A stretch of 64,000 bases of DNA, taken from positions 256,001-320,000 of the forward strand of contig CAVOVB010000007.1 of NCBI GenBank assembly GCA_963699755.1, given 5' to 3'. The stretch comes from an uncultured delta proteobacterium (lineage in GTDB: Bacteria; Myxococcota_A; Polyangia; Polyangiales; Houyiibacteriaceae). Position 1 is the stretch's first letter. Every line of letters begins with the position of its first letter. A program made the position numbers and the translations under genes. The notes below the pieces were generated by a model. The model worked only from the letters and a program-made list of their open reading frames with translations, searched no databases and was not told the DNA's origin. This document shows positions 20,016 to 29,819 of this stretch, one piece after another.

Positions 20016-20411
20016 TCATCGATCGAAGGGGTCGTCTTTGTGACTGCTGATTGCAATCGCCTGCACAACCAGCGTCCTGAGGTCTTTTGCGGCTCCCCGG
20101 ACCACCTGAAACAGGCCCGAAACGAGCTCGGCAGGATCCTGAGGCACCCCCTCGAGATACGAAGGCGGCCGAGACGAGGGCGAGGGCCCTGGCGCGGACC
20201 CTGGCGTAGATCCTGGTGCTCGCGCTGACGCCGACGTTGGCACTGCCGCCGACTCCGCCTTCTTTTTCGCCCGCGGCTTCGCGGGTACGGTGACCCGGCT
20301 CGCCCGCTCCTTGCTCGTCTTCGTGGCAGACGCTTTGCTCGCGCGCTTCTTCGTTGCCTTCTTTGTCGCCTTCTTCGTGACCTTCTTCGTCGGCGTTCGC
20401 TTGGTCGCCAT
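20016..20411 (-). CDS. Hypothetical protein with a histone H1-like Lys-rich N-terminus
   Basis: MATKRTPTKKVTKKATKKATKK repeats, a Pro/Ser linker and a helical C-terminus. RBS GGGGAGG. Confidence 0.65.
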   Translation of the reverse strand: MATKRTPTKKVTKKATKKATKKRASKASATKTSKERASRVTVPAKPRAKKKAESAAVPTSASARAPGSTPGSAPGPSPSSRPPSYLEGVPQDPAELVSGLFQVVRGAAKDLRTLVVQAIAISSHKDDPFDR

Positions 20412-20473
20412 GGCGCCTCCCCGATGAAGCACCTTATCCGAAACAGTGCCAGGGGCAACCTCGTGCGAGGGAC

Positions 20474-20989
20474 CTAGCGCTCGACGACGTATACGAACTC
20501 CAGTTGCTCAGGGCGCGCGGGCGGTTTGAGTGCTTCGGGAATCAGGCCGACTTCCTGATAGCCAACCGCCTCTAGCACTCCGATCATGAGCGTGTCACGG
20601 GTCGGGACCCGCGCGAAGACGTACTGAAGTGGGGTGCGTGCGGCGTGACGGATCGCGTGCGTTGCCAAGGTGCGGGCTAGACCGGAGCTTTGCTGTCCCA
20701 GGCACGTCGTGGCCTCTGCCGTCAATCGCCGCTTCGCGGGATCGGCGCTAGCGGCTGAAAGCATCTCCCAGCCCAGCATCGCCCCATGCCCGTTTTCAGC
20801 GATCCAGAACTGAAAGACATCGTCCTGTACCTCGAGCGCCCGTTCGAAGAACTCGTTGAGCCGCATCTCACCCGGCAGCGTGCCGTCCCAGTATTCCGCA
20901 TGCGTCTCGCAGATCCGTACGATCCCGTCCAGGTCGGAAATCCCGCCCTGGCGGATCAGAAGCCGGCCAGCCGGCGGGATAGTGGACAT
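20474..20989 (-). CDS. Probable GNAT-family N-acetyltransferase
   Basis: IRQGGISDLDGI start, FWIAEN...LGW strand and LEAVGYQEVG end. Divergent acetyl-CoA loop. Confidence 0.55.
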   Translation of the reverse strand: MSTIPPAGRLLIRQGGISDLDGIVRICETHAEYWDGTLPGEMRLNEFFERALEVQDDVFQFWIAENGHGAMLGWEMLSAASADPAKRRLTAEATTCLGQQSSGLARTLATHAIRHAARTPLQYVFARVPTRDTLMIGVLEAVGYQEVGLIPEALKPPARPEQLEFVYVVER

Positions 20990-21078
20990 CCGAAGCACCG
21001 AACTCTTGTGTATACGCCCTCATGGCCGGCTTGGACAGCCCCCAAGATCGGAAGCCGCCAAAAGAGGTGGGTTCCGCG

Positions 21079-23814
21079 CTACTCGACCGACGGGCAAGTC
21101 ATGGGGTTGGAGGTCGCAGCGTTGTTCGCCTCGTCGCATTCGCTATATTTCTGCCCGCCCATCCCATCGCTGTCGACGCTTGCCGAGAGGACGATTTCGC
21201 CGATGGGCGGTCCATCCGGAATCTCGAACACGGCCTCGAGCTGCTCAGACTGCCCCGGAAGCAGCCAGCTCGAGGTGGCGACCGTACCGAGGTCGAAGAC
21301 CCGCTCGTCGTCGCTGGTCACCAGCAGGCGGGTGAGAATGCCGGCCGGCACACTCAGTGAGCCGTCATTGCCCACCACAATCGAAAAAGTGAACTGTCTC
21401 CGATCACAATGGAGCCTGGAGATCTCACGCACAACGAAATCGGGAGCGTCAAACATCCCACCGGGTTGAACGTTCTGCCTGAAGTTGTTCAAGCGCGAGC
21501 GCGTCCAGTTCGGTTCCGGGACCCGCGGAATCTGACCGTCCTCGGTGACGTTGGTGACGCTGTAGCCGTGCTGATTCCAAATGCGTCGGGTGCGAACCCA
21601 ATTGTTGTGGGAGTCTTCCCAAATCTCGATACCGCCAAGCGCTGGATCGGTATTGGGCTCGGGGATCACGACCTCGGACTTCCCGTCGTTGTCGACGTCG
21701 ACCACGATGGGCATCTCCAAACGCGTGTTGCTGCTGTGGGTTCGGTCCTCGTAAAGAATGGCACCGTCCGATCCCCTGAAGATCCGGAAAGTCGTCTCGT
21801 CCGCGTAGACCACCTCGGCCGAGCCATCGCCTTCAAAGTCGAAAACACTGGACCCGGTCGCCCGGCTGGAGCAGTCGTCGTTCTCCACCATCCACCGGAC
21901 CCACTCTCGCGCACACTCGGGGGGTAGTGGGTCCCCAGTGCACTGGAAATCGAACACGACGTAGGCGGTCGAGCTCGCGGTACCGACCTCGGCGAATCCG
22001 TCGCCGTCGAAGTCGGCTACGGTGGGCGGTCCGCTCTCGTTGGCCCCAGCGGTGTGGGCCACGACCTGAGTGCCTTCGCTCATGATTGGATTCCCTCCGG
22101 AGTCGAAAGCGGGCAGATGCAGCGCTCCACCACAGAGAATCCGCTCCGGCGGAAGCAGGTCCCCATCCTCGTCGTAGAGCGGATCGGAAGGCACGTAGGC
22201 GGCTGGAGAGTACGTCGGGGGCTCCACGTCGTCGTAATCTGGAGAGTCGAGATCCTCGAAGCCAGGGATTCGAATCGGCAGCGGAATCCCGGCAACGGGG
22301 GAGCCATCGTGGTCGAGAATGAAGAGCTCACCCTGTCGAATGATCACGACTTCTCCGTCGTCGTCGCCATCGAAATTGCCGACCGCATTGTAGCCGTCGC
22401 AATCGAGCGATCCCCCGCAGCTCGAGTTGACCGTCGTGTACTCGTAGGTCCAGCGCTCGCTTCCATCATAGTTGTAGACCGTGTTCCCGGCGATCACTTC
22501 CTGGAGGCCATCCCGATCCAGATCCGCGACGGTCGACACAGGACCGAGGAACGCGTTGTTCCCGATTCCGAGATTGGAGCCGGGGGTCGCCGATTCGAGC
22601 TCACGCCCATCCCAGGCCAGAGCCTCTACCGGCAGGTCGGCATCGTTTGGCCCCTTCCCCGTCAGACCATCGAGCACGACGTTACCGACGATGACTTCGG
22701 GCCTTCCGTCGGCGTTCAAGTCGGCGATCGACGGTTGCGCGCCGCCGCGGGTGTGCTGGTTACTCGGAAGCTCGTCGTTTTGCCACATCACTTCCCAGGC
22801 CGAGCCGTCATCTGCGGTTCGCCGCCAGGCGATGGCTCCCCCGTTCTTGAAGGTGGCGACGATTTCCGGAACACGCTCCGCGCTCAGGCCGTCAGGGTGC
22901 AGGTTGCCCAATGCGATACCGGTGGAATTTCCTATCCAATCTCCTGCTCCGAGGCCTTTGAGTGTTGCGTGCGTCTTCATCGTTCCATCGCCATTGCAGG
23001 CGCCGGACACGACCCTCAGAACCCCTCGGCTGGTGCAGCAGCCGTCCGCGCTACGGTTGAAGCTCACGAATACAATATCTGGAGTGTCAAACACGTCGGT
23101 GACGCCATCTCCGTTGTCGTCGGTGAGATTCGCCACCGACGGCGTCATCACGACGTCGCCCATGCTCGCGAGCTCGATGGCTTCAGCGCTCGCGCCCGGC
23201 GGCGCCTCGGGAGGCGTCCACCTGCAGGCAATGGTCGGCGCAAAGTCTCCCACCGGAGGTCGATACTCGCAGACGTCGACGGCATCGCGGGGAATGCAGA
23301 CCCCGAGGCTCGGCTCGCAGAGCTCGTCGATCTCGCAATCCTCGCTGAACGTACAGTCGTTGAGAAGCGGAACGCAAGCCTGGCCGATGCACCCTTCGCC
23401 GCTCGCGCAGCAGAGCTCATCGTCGTTTCCGCAGAGCTGCAAAGGGTCATCGCATTGCGCGACGCAGGCTCCGTCGAAACACATCTCCGTGCTTTCGCAG
23501 CAGACGCCATTGCACTCGACTGCGTTTTCGCAATCCCTGACACAGCTTCCGTCCTGGCAGACCGTGCCTGCCCCGCAGCACTGCGCCGTTCCACCGAATA
23601 CACAGGCGGCCTGGGTGCCGCAGATCGAAGTGCAGAGCCCCTCCGGTGAACACTCTTGTCCAAACGGGCAGTTGCAGCCGAAGACGATGCCGCCGCCGGG
23701 ACCGACCGCGCCGCCGCTTCCCCCCGTCCCCGCACGAGGGGAAGAGCTCGTTGCAGCGTCTCCGCAGCCGGAGACGGCCACGCAAAGCAGAGCCAGACAA
23801 ATCGTCGCGCGCAT
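21079..23814 (-). CDS. Large lipoprotein: Cys-rich repeats, FG-GAP/VCBS beta-propeller and C-terminal CARDB-like Ig domain
   Basis: Lipobox VSGC, GTGGSGG linker, many CC motifs, DLNADGRPEV / DLDRDGLQEV / DFDGDGFAEV / DVDNDGKSEV repeats and ECDEANN. Confidence 0.85.
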   Translation of the reverse strand: MRATICLALLCVAVSGCGDAATSSSPRAGTGGSGGAVGPGGGIVFGCNCPFGQECSPEGLCTSICGTQAACVFGGTAQCCGAGTVCQDGSCVRDCENAVECNGVCCESTEMCFDGACVAQCDDPLQLCGNDDELCCASGEGCIGQACVPLLNDCTFSEDCEIDELCEPSLGVCIPRDAVDVCEYRPPVGDFAPTIACRWTPPEAPPGASAEAIELASMGDVVMTPSVANLTDDNGDGVTDVFDTPDIVFVSFNRSADGCCTSRGVLRVVSGACNGDGTMKTHATLKGLGAGDWIGNSTGIALGNLHPDGLSAERVPEIVATFKNGGAIAWRRTADDGSAWEVMWQNDELPSNQHTRGGAQPSIADLNADGRPEVIVGNVVLDGLTGKGPNDADLPVEALAWDGRELESATPGSNLGIGNNAFLGPVSTVADLDRDGLQEVIAGNTVYNYDGSERWTYEYTTVNSSCGGSLDCDGYNAVGNFDGDDDGEVVIIRQGELFILDHDGSPVAGIPLPIRIPGFEDLDSPDYDDVEPPTYSPAAYVPSDPLYDEDGDLLPPERILCGGALHLPAFDSGGNPIMSEGTQVVAHTAGANESGPPTVADFDGDGFAEVGTASSTAYVVFDFQCTGDPLPPECAREWVRWMVENDDCSSRATGSSVFDFEGDGSAEVVYADETTFRIFRGSDGAILYEDRTHSSNTRLEMPIVVDVDNDGKSEVVIPEPNTDPALGGIEIWEDSHNNWVRTRRIWNQHGYSVTNVTEDGQIPRVPEPNWTRSRLNNFRQNVQPGGMFDAPDFVVREISRLHCDRRQFTFSIVVGNDGSLSVPAGILTRLLVTSDDERVFDLGTVATSSWLLPGQSEQLEAVFEIPDGPPIGEIVLSASVDSDGMGGQKYSECDEANNAATSNPMTCPSVE

Positions 23815-23824
23815 GATTTGAAAT

Positions 23825-23846
23825 ATAAGTGTAATCTTACACTTAT
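23825..23846. promoter_or_regulatory. Perfect palindromic operator ATAAGTGTAA-TC-TTACACTTAT
   Basis: 10-bp perfect arms, very AT-rich, lying 10 nt upstream of the FG-GAP gene start in a divergent intergenic region. Confidence 0.8.
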
Positions 23847-23941
23847 GCCAACGTGGGCATCCTGCTTGCGTTTGCCCGCCTGGCCGGTAGAACGTGTTTC
23901 AGTCGTCGCCCTTGGGGCTCGGACGAAACAGGAGCAGATCG

Positions 23942-25483
23942 ATGGCCATCGTGGAAGCACTTGCCCCCACCGCCGAGGGACGCCGCCGGCTCGGAATCCG
24001 GAGCCCAGTGACGCGCGAATCAGTCGGCGAGATCGTGGTCAACAGCAAAGCCGATGTGGAGGCAGCGATCGCCAAGGCGCGAGACGCGCAGAGGGAATGG
24101 GCTCTGGTGCCGGTCGCAGAGCGTGCGCGCATCGTGCGGGGCGCAATCGACGTTCTGGTCCAGAAGCGCGAAGAGGTGGCGAGGACGATCATCGGCGAGA
24201 CGGGCAAGACGAAGCTCGAATCGCTGCTCATGGAGATCGTTCCGTCCTGCGACTACATCAACTTCTGGTGCGGCCGCGCAGCAAAAGAGCTTTCCGACGA
24301 GAAGCGAAAGCTCCACGGCTACCTCCGCCCTTACAAGAAGCTACTGATGCACTACCGGCCACTCGGTGTGGTGGGCATCATCACGCCGTGGAACGGCCCT
24401 TTCTCGTTGGCGATAAATCCGACCGTGCAGGCGGTCCTCGCGGGCAACGCGGTCATCTTGAAACCCTCCGAGGTTGCGCCCTACTCCGGTGACTGGGCGG
24501 TGGAGCTCCTGCGAGAAGCCGGCGTCCCCGAGGGTGTGGTACAGACGCTGCACGGTGATGGAGAGACCGGCGCGGCGCTGGTGAACGGCGGCGTCCAGAA
24601 GATTTCGTTCACGGGCAGCGTTCGAACGGGCAAGAAAATCGCCGCAGCCTGCGCTGAGCAGCTCATTCCGTGCACGCTCGAGCTCGGCGGCAAAGATGCC
24701 ATGATCGTCTGCGAAGACGCCGATCTCGAACGCGCAGCGGGCGGCGCGGTTTTCAACTCCATGCTGAATTCAGGGCATATCTGCATGGGCGTGGAGCGAG
24801 TCTACGTCGTCGAAAGCGTGGCCGACGAGTTCGAAGAGCGCGTGAAGAACATCGTCAGCGAGCTCCGCTACGGATCGGGCGATGAAGTCGACATCGGTTC
24901 GGTGTTCTGGGATCGCCAGCTACCGATCATCGAGCGCCACATCGAGGACGCCAAAGCCAAGGGCGCTGAAATCATCGTCGGCGGAGAGGCCGACACCAGC
25001 CATGGCCTCTTCTATAAGCCGACCTTCGTGCGCAACGTCGATCACAGCATGGAGCTGATGCAGGAAGAAACCTTCGGGCCGATCGTCTCGGTGATGCGTG
25101 TCGCCGACGAAGACGAAGCGGTTCGCCTCGCCAACGACTCGCGGTACGGATTGAGCGGCAGCGTCTGGACGAGAGACATCGAGAAGGGCATCGAGATCGC
25201 GAAGCGCCTCGAGACCGGCTCGGTCGTGATCAACGACGCATCCATGGCATACGGAGCACCCGAGGCGCCGTTCGGCGGCATGAAAGACAGCGGCGTGGGT
25301 CAGGTCAACGGCCTCGGAGGGCTTCGGGGATATACCCACCAGCAGCCGATTTTCATCGACCGCTGGGCCGTGAAGAAGGAGCGCGTTTGGTACCCTCACA
25401 CCGCTAAAACCGTGGAGGAAATCGACGGAATGATTCGCTTCATTTACGGCACCGCCCTCAAGAGGCTCGGCTTCTTTTCCTAG
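23942..25483 (+). CDS. Aldehyde dehydrogenase family protein
   Basis: ITPWNGP, LKPSE, FTGSVRTG, LELGGKD, catalytic GHICMG and EETFGP. RBS AGGAG before ATG 23942. Confidence 0.93.
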   Translation: MAIVEALAPTAEGRRRLGIRSPVTRESVGEIVVNSKADVEAAIAKARDAQREWALVPVAERARIVRGAIDVLVQKREEVARTIIGETGKTKLESLLMEIVPSCDYINFWCGRAAKELSDEKRKLHGYLRPYKKLLMHYRPLGVVGIITPWNGPFSLAINPTVQAVLAGNAVILKPSEVAPYSGDWAVELLREAGVPEGVVQTLHGDGETGAALVNGGVQKISFTGSVRTGKKIAAACAEQLIPCTLELGGKDAMIVCEDADLERAAGGAVFNSMLNSGHICMGVERVYVVESVADEFEERVKNIVSELRYGSGDEVDIGSVFWDRQLPIIERHIEDAKAKGAEIIVGGEADTSHGLFYKPTFVRNVDHSMELMQEETFGPIVSVMRVADEDEAVRLANDSRYGLSGSVWTRDIEKGIEIAKRLETGSVVINDASMAYGAPEAPFGGMKDSGVGQVNGLGGLRGYTHQQPIFIDRWAVKKERVWYPHTAKTVEEIDGMIRFIYGTALKRLGFFS

Positions 25484-25510
25484 CATGCTCGATCCCCTAT
25501 AATTGAGAAG

Positions 25511-26554
25511 ATGGCCCGTCCCCGTGACTCGATCATGCCGTTGGTTCGCAACGGCGTGGATAAGGCTGCGAATCGCCTTTCGCAGCTGGGATACGGCGTG
25601 CTTCCCTGGGTCGTTCAGAGCTGGCGTCGCGTGAACGTCGAGCACAACGTGCCGTACCGAAATACCGGCAGGCGCTCGCATTTACTGGACATCTACCGGC
25701 GCCGCGATGCGGTCGGGCTTTTGCCGAGCATCGTCTACATTCATGGCGGCGCCTTCTCGATGATGTCCAAGGACACCCACCGGATCATGGCCTACGTCCT
25801 GGCGGCGCAGGGCTATCAGGTATTCAACATCAACTACCGGCTCGGCCCGGTCCACAGGTATCCGAAGCCCCTCAAGGACGCGATCGCGGCCTTCGAGTGG
25901 GTCTTGGACAACGGGGCCAAGTACGGAGCCGATACCAAGCGTTTGGCGATCATCGGAGAGTCTGCAGGGGCAAATCTGACCGCAGCTTTGGCGTATTGCG
26001 CAACTCATCCACGGCCGGAGCCGTTCACCAGAAGCGTCTTCGAGCGCGACGCGAAGATCGCATGCGTCGCACCCTTGTACGGGCTGCTCGACGTCCATGA
26101 CGTTCGGCGCTTCTGGCGCGACCCGGACAAGAGCCGGCGCATGGCGAGCTGGATCAAGGGCGAGATTCGAGGCACGGCCTACTCGTATCTGGGCCGGCGT
26201 GTGACGCGCGCGCTTCAGTTTCCACTAGCCAGCCCGTTGCGTCTTTTCGAACGGCCGGCGGTGCCAGGGAGTCGGCCCCTGCCGCCATTCTTCACCACCG
26301 TCGGAACGGCCGACCCTCTCTTGGGCGACACGATTCGCTTGAATGACGCGCTCGCAAAGCGTGATACGGAATGCGAGATGCACGTCTTCAGGGGAGAGAT
26401 TCACGCGTTCAACGTCTTGCTCTGGCGAGCAGCAGCGCGCGAGCAATGGGGTGCACTCTTTGATTTTCTCGACAAGCACATGCACGGCACCTCCGAAGAT
26501 GCGCCCGAACAAGCTCCGCACTACGTTTCGTTGGCTGAAACGCTTGCAGAATAG
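25511..26554 (+). CDS. Hormone-sensitive-lipase family esterase
   Basis: HGGAF oxyanion motif, GESAG nucleophile, DPL and HAF. Confidence 0.9.
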   Translation: MARPRDSIMPLVRNGVDKAANRLSQLGYGVLPWVVQSWRRVNVEHNVPYRNTGRRSHLLDIYRRRDAVGLLPSIVYIHGGAFSMMSKDTHRIMAYVLAAQGYQVFNINYRLGPVHRYPKPLKDAIAAFEWVLDNGAKYGADTKRLAIIGESAGANLTAALAYCATHPRPEPFTRSVFERDAKIACVAPLYGLLDVHDVRRFWRDPDKSRRMASWIKGEIRGTAYSYLGRRVTRALQFPLASPLRLFERPAVPGSRPLPPFFTTVGTADPLLGDTIRLNDALAKRDTECEMHVFRGEIHAFNVLLWRAAAREQWGALFDFLDKHMHGTSEDAPEQAPHYVSLAETLAE

Positions 26555-27423
26555 TCGCGAGTTTGGACCAGTTCCGCAAAGGGCAGCGGCTCGATCGCCC
26601 TGCCCCCCCGTCGGGCCCAGGCTCGCGTGAACACGGCGCCCATCAGAAAGATCTGCGTGGTGTAATAGATCCACAATAGCAAGACGATCAGCGAGCCAGC
26701 CGCGCCGTAGATCGATGCGGGACTCGCATAGCCGAGGTAGATGCCTATCAGGAAGGAACCGCCCAGGACGAAGAGGCAGGTCACCGCGGCGCCTGCCCAC
26801 ACGTCCCGCCAGGCGATCACGGCATCGGGAAGCCAGCGGTAGACCATGGCGATCAATGGCACCAAGACCGCGAACGCACTGCCAAACTCCGCCAAAGTCA
26901 GCATGCGGCGACTATCGCCCAAGAAATGTGCCGCCGCAGCAGCAAGGGAATGCAGCAAGACCAAAGCGATGAGCGAGCTTCCGAAGACCAGCACCATTAC
27001 AAAGGCGAGCAGTCTTCGCTCGACGAGATGCAAGGTCTCGGAACGAGTGGCGTGAATCAGGAGCTTTGGTCGGATCCCCCACATGTGGTTGAGCGCCCGC
27101 CGCAGCATCGAGAACAGGCGCGTCGAAATATAGAGCATGAAGAGCGCACCGATCACCGGGGCGGCAAAGCTCGTCGCCTCGTCGCTGAGCTTCACGATCG
27201 TGTCGACGAGGTAGACGGCGAGGTCGGGACCGACGAAGGCCCCGACCTGCGCTACGAGCTCATCGCGGGCAGCGGACTCCGACATGACCAGCGAGGCAAT
27301 GAGCAAGGCGACCACGCCAAGCGGCGCAATCGCCAACGACGCATAAAAGGCTATTGCCCCGGAGAGCAATCGCCCATCATGCGACGTGAAGTAACGCCAA
27401 GTCTCGATCAAGAGCGAGACCAT
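26521..27423 (-). CDS. YihY/virulence factor BrkB family membrane protein
   Basis: GAIAFYASLAIAP, ALNHMWG, YRWLP and YGAAGSLIVLLLWIYY...GA. Confidence 0.9.
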   Translation of the reverse strand: MVSLLIETWRYFTSHDGRLLSGAIAFYASLAIAPLGVVALLIASLVMSESAARDELVAQVGAFVGPDLAVYLVDTIVKLSDEATSFAAPVIGALFMLYISTRLFSMLRRALNHMWGIRPKLLIHATRSETLHLVERRLLAFVMVLVFGSSLIALVLLHSLAAAAAHFLGDSRRMLTLAEFGSAFAVLVPLIAMVYRWLPDAVIAWRDVWAGAAVTCLFVLGGSFLIGIYLGYASPASIYGAAGSLIVLLLWIYYTTQIFLMGAVFTRAWARRGGRAIEPLPFAELVQTRDYSASVSANET

Positions 27424-27429
27424 CGCGGC

Positions 27430-28758
27430 CTAGTAGCGGTAGTAACTCGGCTTGAACGGTCCCTGGGGCGGGATCCCCAGGTATTCGGCCTGGGCTGGCG
27501 TGAGCTTGGTGAGCTTCGCGCCGAGTTGTCCGAGATGGAGCGAAGCAACTTTCTCGTCGAGCTCCTTCGACAGCACGTAGACCTTGCCATCCTCGTAGCG
27601 GTCGCCCTCGGTCCAGAGCGAGAGCTGAGCGAGCACCTGGTTGCTGAACGAGTTGCTCATCACGAAGCTCGGATGGCCGGTGGCGCAACCGAGGTTCACC
27701 AGGCGGCCGCGAGCGAGCACGATGAGGCGTTTGCCGTCGGGGAAGATGAAGTGGTCGACCTGCGGCTTGATCTCCTCTTCGCGGATTCCGTTGGATGAAT
27801 CGGTGAGCCAGGCCATCTCGATCTCGGAGTCGAAGTGGCCGATGTTGCAGAGAATGGCTTCGTTCTTCATCTGCTTCATGTGCTCGCCGGTCACGACGTC
27901 ACAGCAGCCAGTAGCCGTGACGAAGATGTCGGCGACGGGCGCCGCCTCTTCCATCGTCACTACCTGCAGGCCTTCCATGGTCGCCTGGAGCGCACAAATC
28001 GGATCGATTTCGGTGACGAGGACGCGAGCGCCGGCGCGGGCCATTGCCTGAACGCAGCCCTTGCCCACATCACCGTAGCCGGCCACGACCACCACCTTAC
28101 CGGCGATCATCACGTCGGTGGCTCGCTTGATACCGTCGACCAGCGACTCGCGGCAGCCATAGAGGTTGTCGAACTTCGACTTGGTCACCGAGTCATTCAC
28201 GTTGATCGCGGGACACTTGAGCGTGCCGTCCCGCTCCATTTCGTAGAGGCGATGCACGCCGGTCGTCGTCTCTTCAGACAGACCGACGATGCGATCCGGA
28301 CCTTCGAACAGGTCCGGATACTGCTGATGCACGATGGCGGTTAGGTCACCGCCGTCGTCCAGCAGGATGTTCGGCGCCTTGCCGCCATCAAAGGCACGAA
28401 TCTGCTGGTGAATGCACCATTCGTACTCTGCCTCGGTCTCCCCCTTCCATGCGAAGACGGGAACGCCGGTCACCGCGATGGCAGCGGCGGCATGATCCTG
28501 GGTCGAATAGATATTGCAGCTGGTCCAGGTGACTTCCGCTCCGAGCTCGCGAAGGGTCTCGATCAGAACGGCCGTCTGAATCGTCATGTGAAGGCAGCCG
28601 GCGATGCGAGCGCCAGCGAGCGGCTTCTGAGCGCCGAACTCTCGTCGAAGCGCCATCAAGCCGGGCATCTCGTGCTCAGCGATTGTGATTTCCTTTCGTC
28701 CCCAGTCGGCCAACGAAAGGTCGGCAACTTTGTGCTTCAGATCTGGATTTGGGCTCAT
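27430..28758 (-). CDS. ahcY: S-adenosylhomocysteine hydrolase
   Basis: [45 protein letters not shown] and [15 protein letters not shown] overlap with the upstream gene. Confidence 0.98.
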   Translation of the reverse strand: MSPNPDLKHKVADLSLADWGRKEITIAEHEMPGLMALRREFGAQKPLAGARIAGCLHMTIQTAVLIETLRELGAEVTWTSCNIYSTQDHAAAAIAVTGVPVFAWKGETEAEYEWCIHQQIRAFDGGKAPNILLDDGGDLTAIVHQQYPDLFEGPDRIVGLSEETTTGVHRLYEMERDGTLKCPAINVNDSVTKSKFDNLYGCRESLVDGIKRATDVMIAGKVVVVAGYGDVGKGCVQAMARAGARVLVTEIDPICALQATMEGLQVVTMEEAAPVADIFVTATGCCDVVTGEHMKQMKNEAILCNIGHFDSEIEMAWLTDSSNGIREEEIKPQVDHFIFPDGKRLIVLARGRLVNLGCATGHPSFVMSNSFSNQVLAQLSLWTEGDRYEDGKVYVLSKELDEKVASLHLGQLGAKLTKLTPAQAEYLGIPPQGPFKPSYYRY

Positions 28759-29747
28759 GATTCTCTTGTCTCCTCTTTCGATCCACGTCGTGCTGCGAGA
28801 ACCTGCCACTTCAAGTGGGCATCCGGTCCAGGCCCGTAGCGCGCCGCGGGAATTTCAAATACGTCGGGATTGATTAAGCCGGCTGACTTTGCGAACTGAG
28901 AAAGCTCGTCGCGCTCGAATCCAAGCCATAGATCGGCCTGGCGCTCGCGCATGAGCTCGTCATCGTGGGAGCAGTAGTCGATGATCACCACTTGGCCACC
29001 AGGGCGAACGAGCGAGCCCAGGAGCGACACCACCTGCTGCGGCTTCGGCGCATGGTGAAGCAGACGAACGGCAAACACCACGTCTGCCCCGCCCAGCTCG
29101 CGAATCCGTTCGGTAACGGCTACGTCATCGTAATCGGCCTGAATGAGCTCGACGTGATCATAACCCTGGCTCGAAAGCCTGCGTTCTGCGGCCGCAAGCT
29201 GCTTCTCCGAACGGTCGACCGCGATCACGTGATCGAACAGAGGCGCCAAGAGCTCCACCAGTGCACCGTCACCCGTGCCGAGATCGACCGCGAGCGATCG
29301 CCTCGGCAACAAGGTGCGGATCGCCGTGAGGTAGGCAGACCACTCGGACACCGACCTTGGCGAGCTCTCGTCCACCGCTTGGTCGAAGAAGGCACGCGCT
29401 TCGTCGTCGCGTGCTTTGATGACGGAGGCAACGCGCTCCAGGCTTCCATCCTCGCTGCAGAGCGCACGACCCGATCGGATCGCGTCGGCCAAGAGAGGAT
29501 CCCCATTGAGATCAGGAGAGAGTCGCGCGAACGCTCGCGTTCCCTGCCGGCGGACTGCCACCAGACCCGCTTCCCGAAGCAGCTTCAGATGCTTGGATAC
29601 GTTGGGCTGCGCTTCCTGGGTGAGCTCGGCCAGCTCGCCGATCGAGAGCTCGTCCTCGGAGGTGAGACCGAGCAAACGGAGCCGCCGTGGCTCTCCGAGA
29701 AGTCGGTAGAGCTCCCATCGGGGGGATTCAGCGAGGGCCAGCGGCAT
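28755..29747 (-). CDS. sahR: ArsR-HTH + SAM-methyltransferase-like regulator (SahR family)
   Basis: [10 protein letters not shown]...[17 protein letters not shown]rsR domain and VDLGTGDG / LHHAP / PGG MTase domain. Directly upstream of ahcY. Confidence 0.85.
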   Translation of the reverse strand: MPLALAESPRWELYRLLGEPRRLRLLGLTSEDELSIGELAELTQEAQPNVSKHLKLLREAGLVAVRRQGTRAFARLSPDLNGDPLLADAIRSGRALCSEDGSLERVASVIKARDDEARAFFDQAVDESSPRSVSEWSAYLTAIRTLLPRRSLAVDLGTGDGALVELLAPLFDHVIAVDRSEKQLAAAERRLSSQGYDHVELIQADYDDVAVTERIRELGGADVVFAVRLLHHAPKPQQVVSLLGSLVRPGGQVVIIDYCSHDDELMRERQADLWLGFERDELSQFAKSAGLINPDVFEIPAARYGPGPDAHLKWQVLAARRGSKEETRES

Positions 29748-29754
29748 TGGTTAG

Positions 29755-29783
29755 TATATATGCCCTCATTCGCATAGATGCAA
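29755..29783 (-). promoter_or_regulatory. Sigma-70 promoter overlapped by a palindromic putative SahR operator
   Basis: Minus strand reads TTGCAT-N17-TATATA-N7-ATG. Palindrome ATATATGC-N8-GCATAGAT at 29756-29779 (7/8 match). Confidence 0.7.
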
Positions 29784-29819
29784 GGAAGGGAGCTGCTCAT
29801 TTCACACAAATGCTTGAAA

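Noticed and set aside
22054..23821. Long + strand ORFs (531 aa and 446 aa) opposite the FG-GAP gene
   Set aside because: Antisense shadow ORFs expected in high-GC coding DNA; no recognisable motifs.
26521..26554. 34-nt tail-to-tail overlap of the esterase and YihY genes
   Set aside because: Short convergent overlaps are common in compact GC-rich genomes, with several others in this window.
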